Below are positions 51,431 through 59,567 of a DNA stretch of 64,000 bases, in pieces. The translations under genes were made by a program, and so were the position numbers. Source of the stretch: Candidatus Eiseniibacteriota bacterium. Its GTDB lineage: Bacteria > Eisenbacteria > RBG-16-71-46 > CAVPCR01. Each line of letters opens with the position of its first letter. Within the stretch, counting starts at the first letter, position 1. Where the stretch lies: contig CAVPCR010000002.1 of NCBI GenBank assembly GCA_963702435.1, forward strand, positions 288,001 to 352,000, read 5' to 3'. The notes beneath the pieces are model-generated. The model did no database searches. It was not told the DNA's origin and was given only the letters and a program-made list of their open reading frames with translations.

Positions 51431-51605
51431 GGAGCCACCTCCTATTCTAGACTGACCCCTTCCGTGGTGTCCGTCCGCCGGCTCGCGTCACCACGGCGAC
51501 GCGTCCGGTGGGGGGAGATGCTCCGCTAGCTCGTGGGTCCGCTCCGCTTGGGCGCAACGACCCCTCGCTCCCGGATGTCGGCTTCACCACCACTCGATCG
51601 GCCCG

Positions 51606-51635
51606 ATCTTGGGCCGGGCCGTGAGGGCCGGTCAA
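51606..51635 (-). promoter_or_regulatory. Possible sigma70-type promoter for the peptide gene, framed by an inverted repeat
   Basis: TTGACC-N18-CAAGAT. The arms GATCTTG/CAAGATC are complementary. Confidence 0.35.
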
Positions 51636-51750
51636 GATCCTTTTGAACCCCCGGTCCGGTCTCCCGGAGAGGTCACGGGGGTGGAGGTCGGAGCGTCCTC
51701 CCGCTCGCGGACCACGGCCTGCTGGCTCCCGGCTCGAGGCCGATAGCGAT

Positions 51751-52545
51751 TCATAAACGCATTTTCCTGCAACACATTAGCCTATTCATCTCAGGCGCCA
51801 TCTGAGGGATCTCGAGGCCCGAAGAAGCGGGGTCAGAGATCCGCCCTACCTCGGCCTCAAGGACGTACTCGACCGCCTCCCGGTGCTTCAGGTGCGAGAA
51901 GATCCGGTTGATCGCATCGAGGGTGGCGTAGGTCGCCGACCTGAGATCGTCCTGCTCGCAGGGGCTCGACCCGGTCAGCGCCTTCTCGGTCCGCCCCTGG
52001 ATGAAGTGGACGAGAACGACCATCACATCGTCCCGGCCGACCCGCACCCGCTCGAGCCCGCCGAGCGAGAAGGACACCGCCTCGTCGATGAGCTGGGCGG
52101 TCGCGTTCAGGCAGGCCTCGGCCACCAGGTCGAGCACGCTCCCGCGGGTGGCCGGTCCGGCCGCCGAACCGAGGACATGGGTCTCGCCCAGGGAGAGCTC
52201 GACCTGGGCCTCGGTCCTGAGCCCTGAGGTGTTGAGACGCACATTCTCGAAAGCCGGCCGGCGCGGCGGCGCCTCGGCCAGCGCCCTCCCCTCCGGCGGC
52301 ACGAGGGTGAGCGGCGGAGTGGCGGCGACCGAGATCTTCCGGTAGTCGACCTCGATCCCACCCGTGGTCGCGAGGATCGCTTCGACATCCCGCACGAAAC
52401 GCCGCGACTCGCGGCTGCCGTCGGTCTGCACGAAGATCGCGCCGATCTCGTCCCCGTGCATGCGGACGTGCGCGCCGACCACGCCCGGCAAGCGCCGGAT
52501 GGCGTTCTCTGCTTCGTTTTTCCAGATGGGTCCCGCCTCCGTCAT
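51751..52545 (-). CDS. Conserved hypothetical cytoplasmic protein (HD-GYP-associated, possible LeuA-regulatory-like fold in C-terminal half)
   Basis: Strong SD GGAGGAGG. Motifs RRFVRDVEAIL...VDYRKISVA and LTGS...ATYATLDAINR. Family assignment from recollection only. Confidence 0.8.
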   Translation of the reverse strand: MTEAGPIWKNEAENAIRRLPGVVGAHVRMHGDEIGAIFVQTDGSRESRRFVRDVEAILATTGGIEVDYRKISVAATPPLTLVPPEGRALAEAPPRRPAFENVRLNTSGLRTEAQVELSLGETHVLGSAAGPATRGSVLDLVAEACLNATAQLIDEAVSFSLGGLERVRVGRDDVMVVLVHFIQGRTEKALTGSSPCEQDDLRSATYATLDAINRIFSHLKHREAVEYVLEAEVGRISDPASSGLEIPQMAPEMNRLMCCRKMRL

Positions 52546-52745
52546 GCCTCCTCCCTCGTTCCAGGGCATCTCACGTTGCGTCCATTCAATCGAGGCGAGA
52601 GCCCGCCGGCGCTTGGAATGCGGCGGCCGGGCCGACACGGCGGCGGCGCGCTCGAGCGCGCCGCCGCCCAAGGAAGGTTCCCGGAGGTCGGGCGCCGGAT
52701 CCACGCCGGCGCCCGACCTCGGTCCTGCTCCGTACTCCGGCAGGT

Positions 52746-55700
52746 CTACTTGAGGAGGATCATCTTCCGCGTCGCCGTCGTCCCCGCCGCATCCAGCGTG
52801 TACAGGTAGACGCCCGCCGCGACCGCCCCGCCCATGTCATCGCGACCGTTCCACTCCGCCGAGTGCGTGCCCGCCGCGACCGAGCCGTGGACGAGCGACC
52901 GCACACGCCGTCCGGCCAGGTCGAAGATGGAGAGATCGACCGGACCGGCGGTGAGGAGCGTGAAGCGAATCTGCGTCGCGGGATTGAACGGGTTCGGATG
53001 ATTCTGGGCGAGGACCACCGGGCCCAGCCCCGGCGCGCCGAGCGGGGAGCCGGCCACCGTGACCGGGACGAGGCCCTCGTTCAGGCTCGGCGACTCGATC
53101 GTCACCGCGCCGCCCGCCGCCTCCGCCGCGAAGCGGATGCGGGCGATCTCCGTGCGCCCCGAGACCGGCCGGGCCAGCGCCGTCGCCAGCTCGATCCGAC
53201 CCTCCCCGATCCGGCTCGCGACGTGCATGTCAGCGCCCGTCCCCTCGACCGCGATCACGCGCGCAAAGGCGGGATCGAAGGCGAGGAGCAGCTCGACGCC
53301 GAGCACGCCGCCGCCGTCGTCGAGGACGACGACCGCCTCGGTCGGCGAGAGCCACTCGAGCGCGATCAGGCGCGGAGCGTGCGGCTGGCTGACAGGCGTA
53401 TGCCGCCCGCCGGGATCGCAGCTCAGGCCGTCTTCCTCCGCCGGGAAGTGATCGATGATCCCGAGCACGTACTGGAGCATGAGCGCCGCATCGTAGGCCC
53501 GGATCTCGAAGTTCCCGGAGACGTCCGCCACCTCGACGGTGAACTCCGGGTACTCCGGATCAGGTAGATGGATCAGCCCCACCACCTCCTGCAGGACCAG
53601 GGTCGCGTCGATGCTCGACACCTGGCCCGAGCCGTTGACATCGCCGAGGATGCCCTTGACGACCTGGCCGTCTTGCCCCTCCGCCGCGGGCTTGCCCTCG
53701 TTGAAGAGGATGTCGAGCTCGAGGTACGAACGGTTCTCGCTGCGACGCGTCATCTGGAAGAGCACGTTGACGAGCTCGCCGCAGGCGCCGATCGGCCGCG
53801 GCCATGAGATCGCGACGCGCAGGAGATCCTCGTTCTCGTTGCGATGCACGACCGTCCACTCGCTCGTCGCGCCCTCGCCGATCGTGTCGAGGAAGGAGAG
53901 CGCCTGGACGGTGAGCACCTTCGGGTTGTAACGGAGCTCGAACTCGGTCGAGACGATGCCGAGTCCGGTCACGTCGTCGAGGATGAACACGGGAATGGAC
54001 ACGTCGGCCCCCGCCGGGGCGAAGGTGCTCGGCGGCACTGCCACACGGATCGCACCCGTCGGCGGAGTCGTGATCGTCGCATCCGTGGTGCAGGTCGACG
54101 CGGCTCCCCCGTTGTCGGTCACGGTGAGAGTCACCTCGTAGCTGCCGGCTGCGGTGTAGGTGTGGCTCGGAGTCGGACCGCTCCCGGTCGTCCCGTCGCC
54201 GAAGTTCCACGCGTAGGACGCGATCGTGCCGTCCGGATCGATCGAGTCACGTCCGTCGAAATCCACGGCCTCGTCCACCCGCCCTGCGTACGGACCGCCC
54301 GTGTCGCAGGCCGGCGGCAGGTTGGCCCCACCCGTGATCGATGCCGCAGCCGAGCAGGTCGAGGTCGCGCCGAGGTTGTCGGTCACCGTGAGCGAGACCG
54401 TGTAGGCACCCGCTGCGGTGTACGTGTGGCTCGGAGTCGGACCGCTCCCGCTCGACCCGTCACCGAAGTTCCAGGTGTAGGAGGCGATCGTACCGTCCGG
54501 ATCGTTCGAGCCCGTCCCGTCGAAGGCCACGGCCACGTCGACCGTCCCCGTGTACGGGCCGCCCGCATCGCAGGCCGGCGGCAGGTTGCCGGCTTCCGCG
54601 ATCGATGCCGCAGCCGAGCAGGTCGAGGTCGCGCCGAGGTTGTCGGTCACCGTGAGCGAGACCGTGTAGCTGCCCACCGCCGTATACGTGTGGCTCGGCG
54701 TCGGACCGCTCCCGCTCGACCCGTCACCGAAGTTCCAGGCGTAGGAGGCGATCGTGCCGTCCGGATCGCTCGAGCCCGTCCCGTCGAAGGCCACGGCCAC
54801 GTTGACCGTCCCCGTGTACGGGCCGCCCGCAGCGCAGGTCGGCGGCAGGTTCTGGCCCTGCTCGACGATCGAGAAGCTCGCGTCCGACAGGTCCGTGGCC
54901 AGCGCGTTCGCGGCGTCGGAGATGCGGACGATGCCCTGGGTCGTGGCGCTCGCGGGCACGGTCCAGTCGTAGCTGCCGTCGTTCGGCGTCGTCGCCTCGA
55001 TGTCGGTGTAGCTGAACCCGCCGTCTATCGACAGCTCGATGCGCGCGTTCGCGATCTCGGTCCCGAAGCGATCCCAGGTGATGGACTCGACGGTCCCGAT
55101 GACGAACGCCTCGCCGCCGTTGGGCCGCGTGACGCGCACGCCGTTGATCGTGAAGTTGGCATCCGAAACATCGGACGGGTTGCCGTCCGCCGAGTCCTTG
55201 ACCCGGATGCGCGCCGTGGCCGTCGGCCGGTTCGGCACCGTCCAGTCGAAGCTCCCGTCGTTCGCCTCGCTGACACCGATCGCCTCGAAGGAGGTGCCGC
55301 CATCGGTCGAGAGCTCGATGTCGACGAAGGGGATATCGCCCTCGGAGGTCCAGGCGACCTGGGTGACCTCGCCGGGAGCGAACTCCTCACCGCCGTTCGG
55401 CGCCGTCACCGTGATCACGTCCCCGGTCTGCTCGGTGATGGATGCCGTGCTCGTGCACTCCGAGGAGGCGCCGTTGTTGTCGGTCACGATGAGGGTGACC
55501 GTGAAAACGCCGGTCGTCGTGTAGGTGTGCGACGGGGCGACCCCGGTCGCCGAGCCGCCGTCGCCGAAGGTCCAGGCGTACGAATCGATCGTGCCGTCGG
55601 GATCGTTCGAGCCGGCGCCGTCGAAGGTGACGCTCGTTCCGACGAACCCGACGTAAGGACCGCCGGCGGCGCAGACCGGTGGCTGGTTCTCGACGCTGCC

Positions 55701-56165
55701 GACGCCCCGGAGCTGCACCTCCTTGACCGGAGTGAGCGGATCGTCGCTCGTGACGGCCATGACACCGTTCAGCTGCCCGGTCTGGGAAGGCGAGAAGCGC
55801 ACCTGGATCAGCAAGGGCTGGCCCACCGTCACGCTGGCCGGAAAGGCCGGCAGGCCGATCAGTTCGAAGAACCCGGAGCCGACCGTGAGCTCGATGTTCT
55901 GCAGCTCGATCGAGCAGCCGGCGTCTCCTTCGTTGTCGGAGATCACGACATCGAGCAGCGCCGTCTGCCCGACGGGAACGCTGCCGAAATCCACCGGATC
56001 CGGGCTGACCCCGATCACCGGAGTGCATGACTGCGGGATCAGCGGCTTGGGATCCGGGAACGACCCCCCTTCGGAGCTGGTCTGGGCGCCGGCCCCCGCG
56101 GGGACCAGGAACCCGACCAGCGCCATCGCCAGAAGGGCCAACAGCATCTTTCTTGCCGACTGCAT
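52746..56165 (-). CDS. Large secreted multidomain protein: Ig-like + 4 PKD + 2 'PNGGE' Ig domains + cohesin-dockerin-cohesin + FlgD/T9SS-like CTD
   Basis: SD GAGGAGG and signal peptide MQSARKMLLALLAMALVG...AGA. PKD motif DPDGTIxSYxWxFGDG four times. Dockerin-like GDVNGSGQVSSIDA/ADVSGNFEIRAYDA. C-terminal LAQNHPNPFNPATQIRF...GVYLYTL. Confidence 0.88.
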   Translation of the reverse strand: MQSARKMLLALLAMALVGFLVPAGAGAQTSSEGGSFPDPKPLIPQSCTPVIGVSPDPVDFGSVPVGQTALLDVVISDNEGDAGCSIELQNIELTVGSGFFELIGLPAFPASVTVGQPLLIQVRFSPSQTGQLNGVMAVTSDDPLTPVKEVQLRGVGSVENQPPVCAAGGPYVGFVGTSVTFDGAGSNDPDGTIDSYAWTFGDGGSATGVAPSHTYTTTGVFTVTLIVTDNNGASSECTSTASITEQTGDVITVTAPNGGEEFAPGEVTQVAWTSEGDIPFVDIELSTDGGTSFEAIGVSEANDGSFDWTVPNRPTATARIRVKDSADGNPSDVSDANFTINGVRVTRPNGGEAFVIGTVESITWDRFGTEIANARIELSIDGGFSYTDIEATTPNDGSYDWTVPASATTQGIVRISDAANALATDLSDASFSIVEQGQNLPPTCAAGGPYTGTVNVAVAFDGTGSSDPDGTIASYAWNFGDGSSGSGPTPSHTYTAVGSYTVSLTVTDNLGATSTCSAAASIAEAGNLPPACDAGGPYTGTVDVAVAFDGTGSNDPDGTIASYTWNFGDGSSGSGPTPSHTYTAAGAYTVSLTVTDNLGATSTCSAAASITGGANLPPACDTGGPYAGRVDEAVDFDGRDSIDPDGTIASYAWNFGDGTTGSGPTPSHTYTAAGSYEVTLTVTDNGGAASTCTTDATITTPPTGAIRVAVPPSTFAPAGADVSIPVFILDDVTGLGIVSTEFELRYNPKVLTVQALSFLDTIGEGATSEWTVVHRNENEDLLRVAISWPRPIGACGELVNVLFQMTRRSENRSYLELDILFNEGKPAAEGQDGQVVKGILGDVNGSGQVSSIDATLVLQEVVGLIHLPDPEYPEFTVEVADVSGNFEIRAYDAALMLQYVLGIIDHFPAEEDGLSCDPGGRHTPVSQPHAPRLIALEWLSPTEAVVVLDDGGGVLGVELLLAFDPAFARVIAVEGTGADMHVASRIGEGRIELATALARPVSGRTEIARIRFAAEAAGGAVTIESPSLNEGLVPVTVAGSPLGAPGLGPVVLAQNHPNPFNPATQIRFTLLTAGPVDLSIFDLAGRRVRSLVHGSVAAGTHSAEWNGRDDMGGAVAAGVYLYTLDAAGTTATRKMILLK
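54075..54855 (-). repeat. Three tandem 264-bp PKD-coding units
   Basis: Matching anchors at 54307/54571/54835, 54361/54625 and 54541/54805. Boundaries approximate. Confidence 0.8.
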
Positions 56166-56336
56166 GGAAACCTTCCTCCTCTCGAGCGTGTATGCACGGC
56201 ACTCGTGGTGCCTCGAGGCCGCCTCTCGAGCGGCGACCCCTCCTGTTGCCAAGCGTGACGGACACGCCCGCCACCATCGCCTGTCGCCCCACGGCCGCGC
56301 CGCCTCCTCGCGGCGACTCGGCCCCATGGCGCTGCC

Positions 56337-56381
56337 GCGCGCAACCGGGCGGATCCCCGCGGGATCCGTCCGGCTGCGCGC
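56337..56381. repeat. Long GC-rich inverted repeat (terminator- or REP-like) after the ligase-like gene
   Basis: GCGCGCAACCGGGCGGATCCC-CGC-GGGATCCGTCCGGCTGCGCGC, with no U-tract. Confidence 0.6.
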
Positions 56382-56394
56382 CACCTGCTCTCTA

Positions 56395-58911
56395 TCACCT
56401 GCTCTGACCACCCCGCCCCTTCAACTCGTCCACGTAAGCCCTGAGCGGCGGATTGACCGGCCGCTGGGCGAGCGCTCGCCCATAGAAGCGCAGCGCTGCT
56501 GCCGTGTCCCCGCGCGCGAGAGCGACATGGCCCAGGTTCTGCCAGGCCTCCGCCATCTCGGGCCGCCCGGCGAGGGCCGCGCGGTAGCGCTGCTCGGCCT
56601 CGCCCAGCTCACCCGACGCATACGCCACGTTGCCGAGGCCGAGCTCGACCTCGGGACTGCCCGGGCCGGCGGCAGCCGCCGCAGCGTACCAGGCCCGCGC
56701 CCCGGCGAGGTCGCCGGCAGCCATGGCCATGTCCCCGCATAGTCGCGCGGCCCCGGCCCGCACCGCGGGATCGAGACCCCGGTCTCGCGCGAGAACCTCG
56801 AGCCGGCCCGCCGGATCCGCGCCCGCCGGCCCGAGCCTCGCGATCTCATCGAGCGCCTGGCCCGCCGCTTCACGGTTCGCGCCGCGCGCCGCCCGTTCGA
56901 ACTCGACGAGCGCCCCGCGCGCATCGCCGCGCTCGCGCAGCCAGCGGCCGCGTTCGAGCGCGAGCGCCGGATCGCCCGGCGAAAGGCTGTCCCCGGCGGC
57001 GAGCGCGGCCGCGACCGCCGCCCGGTCTCCCTCCTCGCGCAGGAACGCCACCCGCCGCGCCCGCGCGCGCCCGAGATACGGATTCAGCGCGAGCGCCCGA
57101 TCGAGGAGCGCCTCCACCGAGTCCGCACCCACCGCTGCGCCGGCCACGCGCGCCTCATCGAGCGCGGTCGCCGCGCGAAACCAGCGCGCTGCGATCTGCG
57201 GCTCGCTCCGCGCGGCCCGGGCGAAGCGCTCCGCCGACCTGGCGAGGGCGGCGCCCCGCTCCTCCGCGCTCGTCGCGAGACGCGCCTCGTGCCGCGCCAC
57301 CTCTCCCGCGGCCACCCAGTCGCGCGCCTGATCGGGCGCGAGCCGCCGCGCCCGCTCGAGCCACCGCTCGCTGCCGGCGAGATCGCCGCTCGCGAGCACG
57401 GCGTACGCGCGCCGATGGGCGCGTTCCGCCGCGGCGACCGAGACGGCCGCAGCGATCCCGAGAACGAGGATCGCGCTCAGCCCGAGACGCAAGGCGAGCG
57501 CCGATCCGGCGCCGCGCCCGGCTCCCGCGACCGGAGGTGCCACTCGCTCCCCCGCCGCGAGCCCCAGGAACACCGCACCGATGAGCGCGGTCGGCGCCTC
57601 GTGCAGCGGGAAGTCGACCAGGGCATGAACCCCGAGGGCCACGCCGCCGGCCACGATCCCCGCCTCGACCAGCGCGTCCTCTGCGGCTCTCGCCTTCGCC
57701 CGCGCCGACCCGCCGGCCGGACCGCTCCCGCCGCGCGGATCGATGGCGCGAAAGGCGCGCCGCGCGGCGAGCGCGAGCCACACGACGATCAGCACGAGCC
57801 CGAGGAGCCCGAGTTCGGCGGCCGTCTCGAGCGGGTCGCTGTGCGCGTGCACCGCCGTCTCGCCCGTCTCGGCCTCGAGCCGCTGCATGAGCGGCGGCCG
57901 CACCGTGTAGAAGGCCAGACGAAAGCTCCCCGGCCCGAAACCGCCGAGCGGACGCTCGCTCACCAGATCGAGGGCCGCCCGCGCCACGAGCGTGCGACGC
58001 TCGAAGCTCGTGAGCGCCGTCGCCGCCCATGACGTTGCCCCTGCTGCGGGCACCTCCAGCTCGGAACGCTCCGCCGGCGCCCGCTCGATGCGGTCGCCTG
58101 CGGGGGCGCCCGTCGCGAGGAGCCCGGAGCGCTCGGGCGTGCCCAATCGGGCGACGACCGAGCCGGCGCAGGCCACGGTCACCGCGAGCGCCACGAGCAC
58201 CAGGATCCAGGCTCCGCGCCGATCGCGCCGCCACGCGGCGGCGATCTGGAGGGATCCCCCGCGCACGAGCCAGGGCCCCATGGCGATGAGCGCCACGGCT
58301 AGCGCGAGCCAGGCGCCGCGCGATTCACTCAACAGGAAACAGGCAAGACCGAGGAGCGCAGCCGCTCCCCAGCCCGCTTTGCGCCACCGCGTCGTTCCCA
58401 GCGCCAGGGCCGTCGCGACCGGCAGCCAGGCGGCGAGGTAGGCGCCCATCAGGTTGTGCGTCCCGAGCGGCCGCGTCGGTCGGCTCGGGCGCCAGATCGA
58501 TGAATCGAGAAATGGATGCACGCCGGCCCGTTGCGCGATGCCCCAGGCGGCGACGATCGCCATGGCGATGAGCCCGGCCCGGATCACGGTGCGCCGGCCC
58601 CCGCCGATCATCCCCGACGCGAGGATCACGATGACGATCCCGAGCGCGGTCAGGTCGAGCACCGCGGAGAGGGCCGCCGGCGGATCGAGCGTCGACGGAC
58701 TGCGCGCCAGGACGTAGACCCACAGGGCGGCAAGCGGCAGCACCACGCTCCACGGCCGCCCTGCCAGCAGCACCTCCGCGAGCCGGCGATCGGTCAGAGC
58801 CACGAGACCGAGGCCCAGCGACAGCACCAGGAATCCGGCCCGGAAGTCCGCACCGAAGGCATTGACCGCGAGCGGCGCACCGCCGACCAGGAGGCAGAGG
58901 CCCCCGATCAT
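56395..58911 (-). CDS. O-antigen ligase / O-oligosaccharyltransferase-like (Wzy_C) membrane protein with TPR tail
   Basis: LGTHNLMGAYL, SESRGAWLA, PLGGFGPGSF, HAHSDPLETAAELG, HALVDFPLH, and C-terminal TPRs. Confidence 0.85.
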   Translation of the reverse strand: MIGGLCLLVGGAPLAVNAFGADFRAGFLVLSLGLGLVALTDRRLAEVLLAGRPWSVVLPLAALWVYVLARSPSTLDPPAALSAVLDLTALGIVIVILASGMIGGGRRTVIRAGLIAMAIVAAWGIAQRAGVHPFLDSSIWRPSRPTRPLGTHNLMGAYLAAWLPVATALALGTTRWRKAGWGAAALLGLACFLLSESRGAWLALAVALIAMGPWLVRGGSLQIAAAWRRDRRGAWILVLVALAVTVACAGSVVARLGTPERSGLLATGAPAGDRIERAPAERSELEVPAAGATSWAATALTSFERRTLVARAALDLVSERPLGGFGPGSFRLAFYTVRPPLMQRLEAETGETAVHAHSDPLETAAELGLLGLVLIVVWLALAARRAFRAIDPRGGSGPAGGSARAKARAAEDALVEAGIVAGGVALGVHALVDFPLHEAPTALIGAVFLGLAAGERVAPPVAGAGRGAGSALALRLGLSAILVLGIAAAVSVAAAERAHRRAYAVLASGDLAGSERWLERARRLAPDQARDWVAAGEVARHEARLATSAEERGAALARSAERFARAARSEPQIAARWFRAATALDEARVAGAAVGADSVEALLDRALALNPYLGRARARRVAFLREEGDRAAVAAALAAGDSLSPGDPALALERGRWLRERGDARGALVEFERAARGANREAAGQALDEIARLGPAGADPAGRLEVLARDRGLDPAVRAGAARLCGDMAMAAGDLAGARAWYAAAAAAGPGSPEVELGLGNVAYASGELGEAEQRYRAALAGRPEMAEAWQNLGHVALARGDTAAALRFYGRALAQRPVNPPLRAYVDELKGRGGQSR

Positions 58912-59119
58912 CCACGGGAGGCGACCGGGGCCGGCGCGAACGCTGTCGACGGCGGACCTCCGTCACGGATCCCCGGCCTCGCGGGAGGCCGGCGCCGGAC
59001 CCTGCGGCCCGGGCCCTTGAGACTCGAGGCGAAGCAAAGGGACACGGCTCGTGGGCCGGCCCGCCGGGGGCACTCGAGCCCCCTTACGAGGGGGCCGCCC
59101 GACCCTCCGGCGACGTGTT

Positions 59120-59148
59120 AAAGTACCATTTTTGAGCCGGTTTGGCAA
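59120..59148 (-). promoter_or_regulatory. sigma70-type promoter for the ligase-like gene
   Basis: TTGCCA-N17-TACTTT with a TG extension, inside an AT-rich patch. Confidence 0.65.
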
Positions 59149-59215
59149 TTCGTTTCGCGCTGCACGGCATGCTCGAGCCGGGTGCGGCATCCGGTTCTCG
59201 AGAGGAGGCGATCCT

Positions 59216-59548
59216 GTGAACGATGAGCGCTGGCACGAGATGACCGAGCGCATTCGCGACACGTTCAAGGTCACCCGCGACATCGAGCACCCTCTCGAAC
59301 CCGGCCCCGGCCGGGTCGAGGAGATCGAGTTCGAGGGCCCCGGCGGGCGCATGCGCCTTGAACGCGTGTCGCGGCCCGTGGTCCTCGAGCGCCGCGCCCA
59401 CTTCTCCAAGCGGGCGAGCGCGGGCGCCTCCGAGGAGTTCGTCTATTCGGACTCGGAGATGTCCCACCGCGTCACCTTCTATCGCTGGGTGGATGACGCA
59501 TGGCAGGAGGAGGACTTCCGGAGCATGATGCCGGGCGGGCGGCGTTGA
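59216..59548 (+). CDS. Small conserved hypothetical protein (110 aa)
   Basis: SD GAGGAGG before GTG. MNDERWHEMTERIRDTF...IEFEGPGGRMRLERVSRPVVLE...EFVYSDSEMSH...W, with normal protein composition. Confidence 0.8.
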   Translation: MNDERWHEMTERIRDTFKVTRDIEHPLEPGPGRVEEIEFEGPGGRMRLERVSRPVVLERRAHFSKRASAGASEEFVYSDSEMSHRVTFYRWVDDAWQEEDFRSMMPGGRR

Positions 59549-59567
59549 TCCGCAGCCGCTCGCAGCG

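Noticed and set aside
59142..59158. Plus-strand TTGGCAATTCGTTTCGC as a sigma54 promoter
   Set aside because: GG-to-GC spacing is 11 rather than 10, and the region is better explained as a minus-strand sigma70 promoter.
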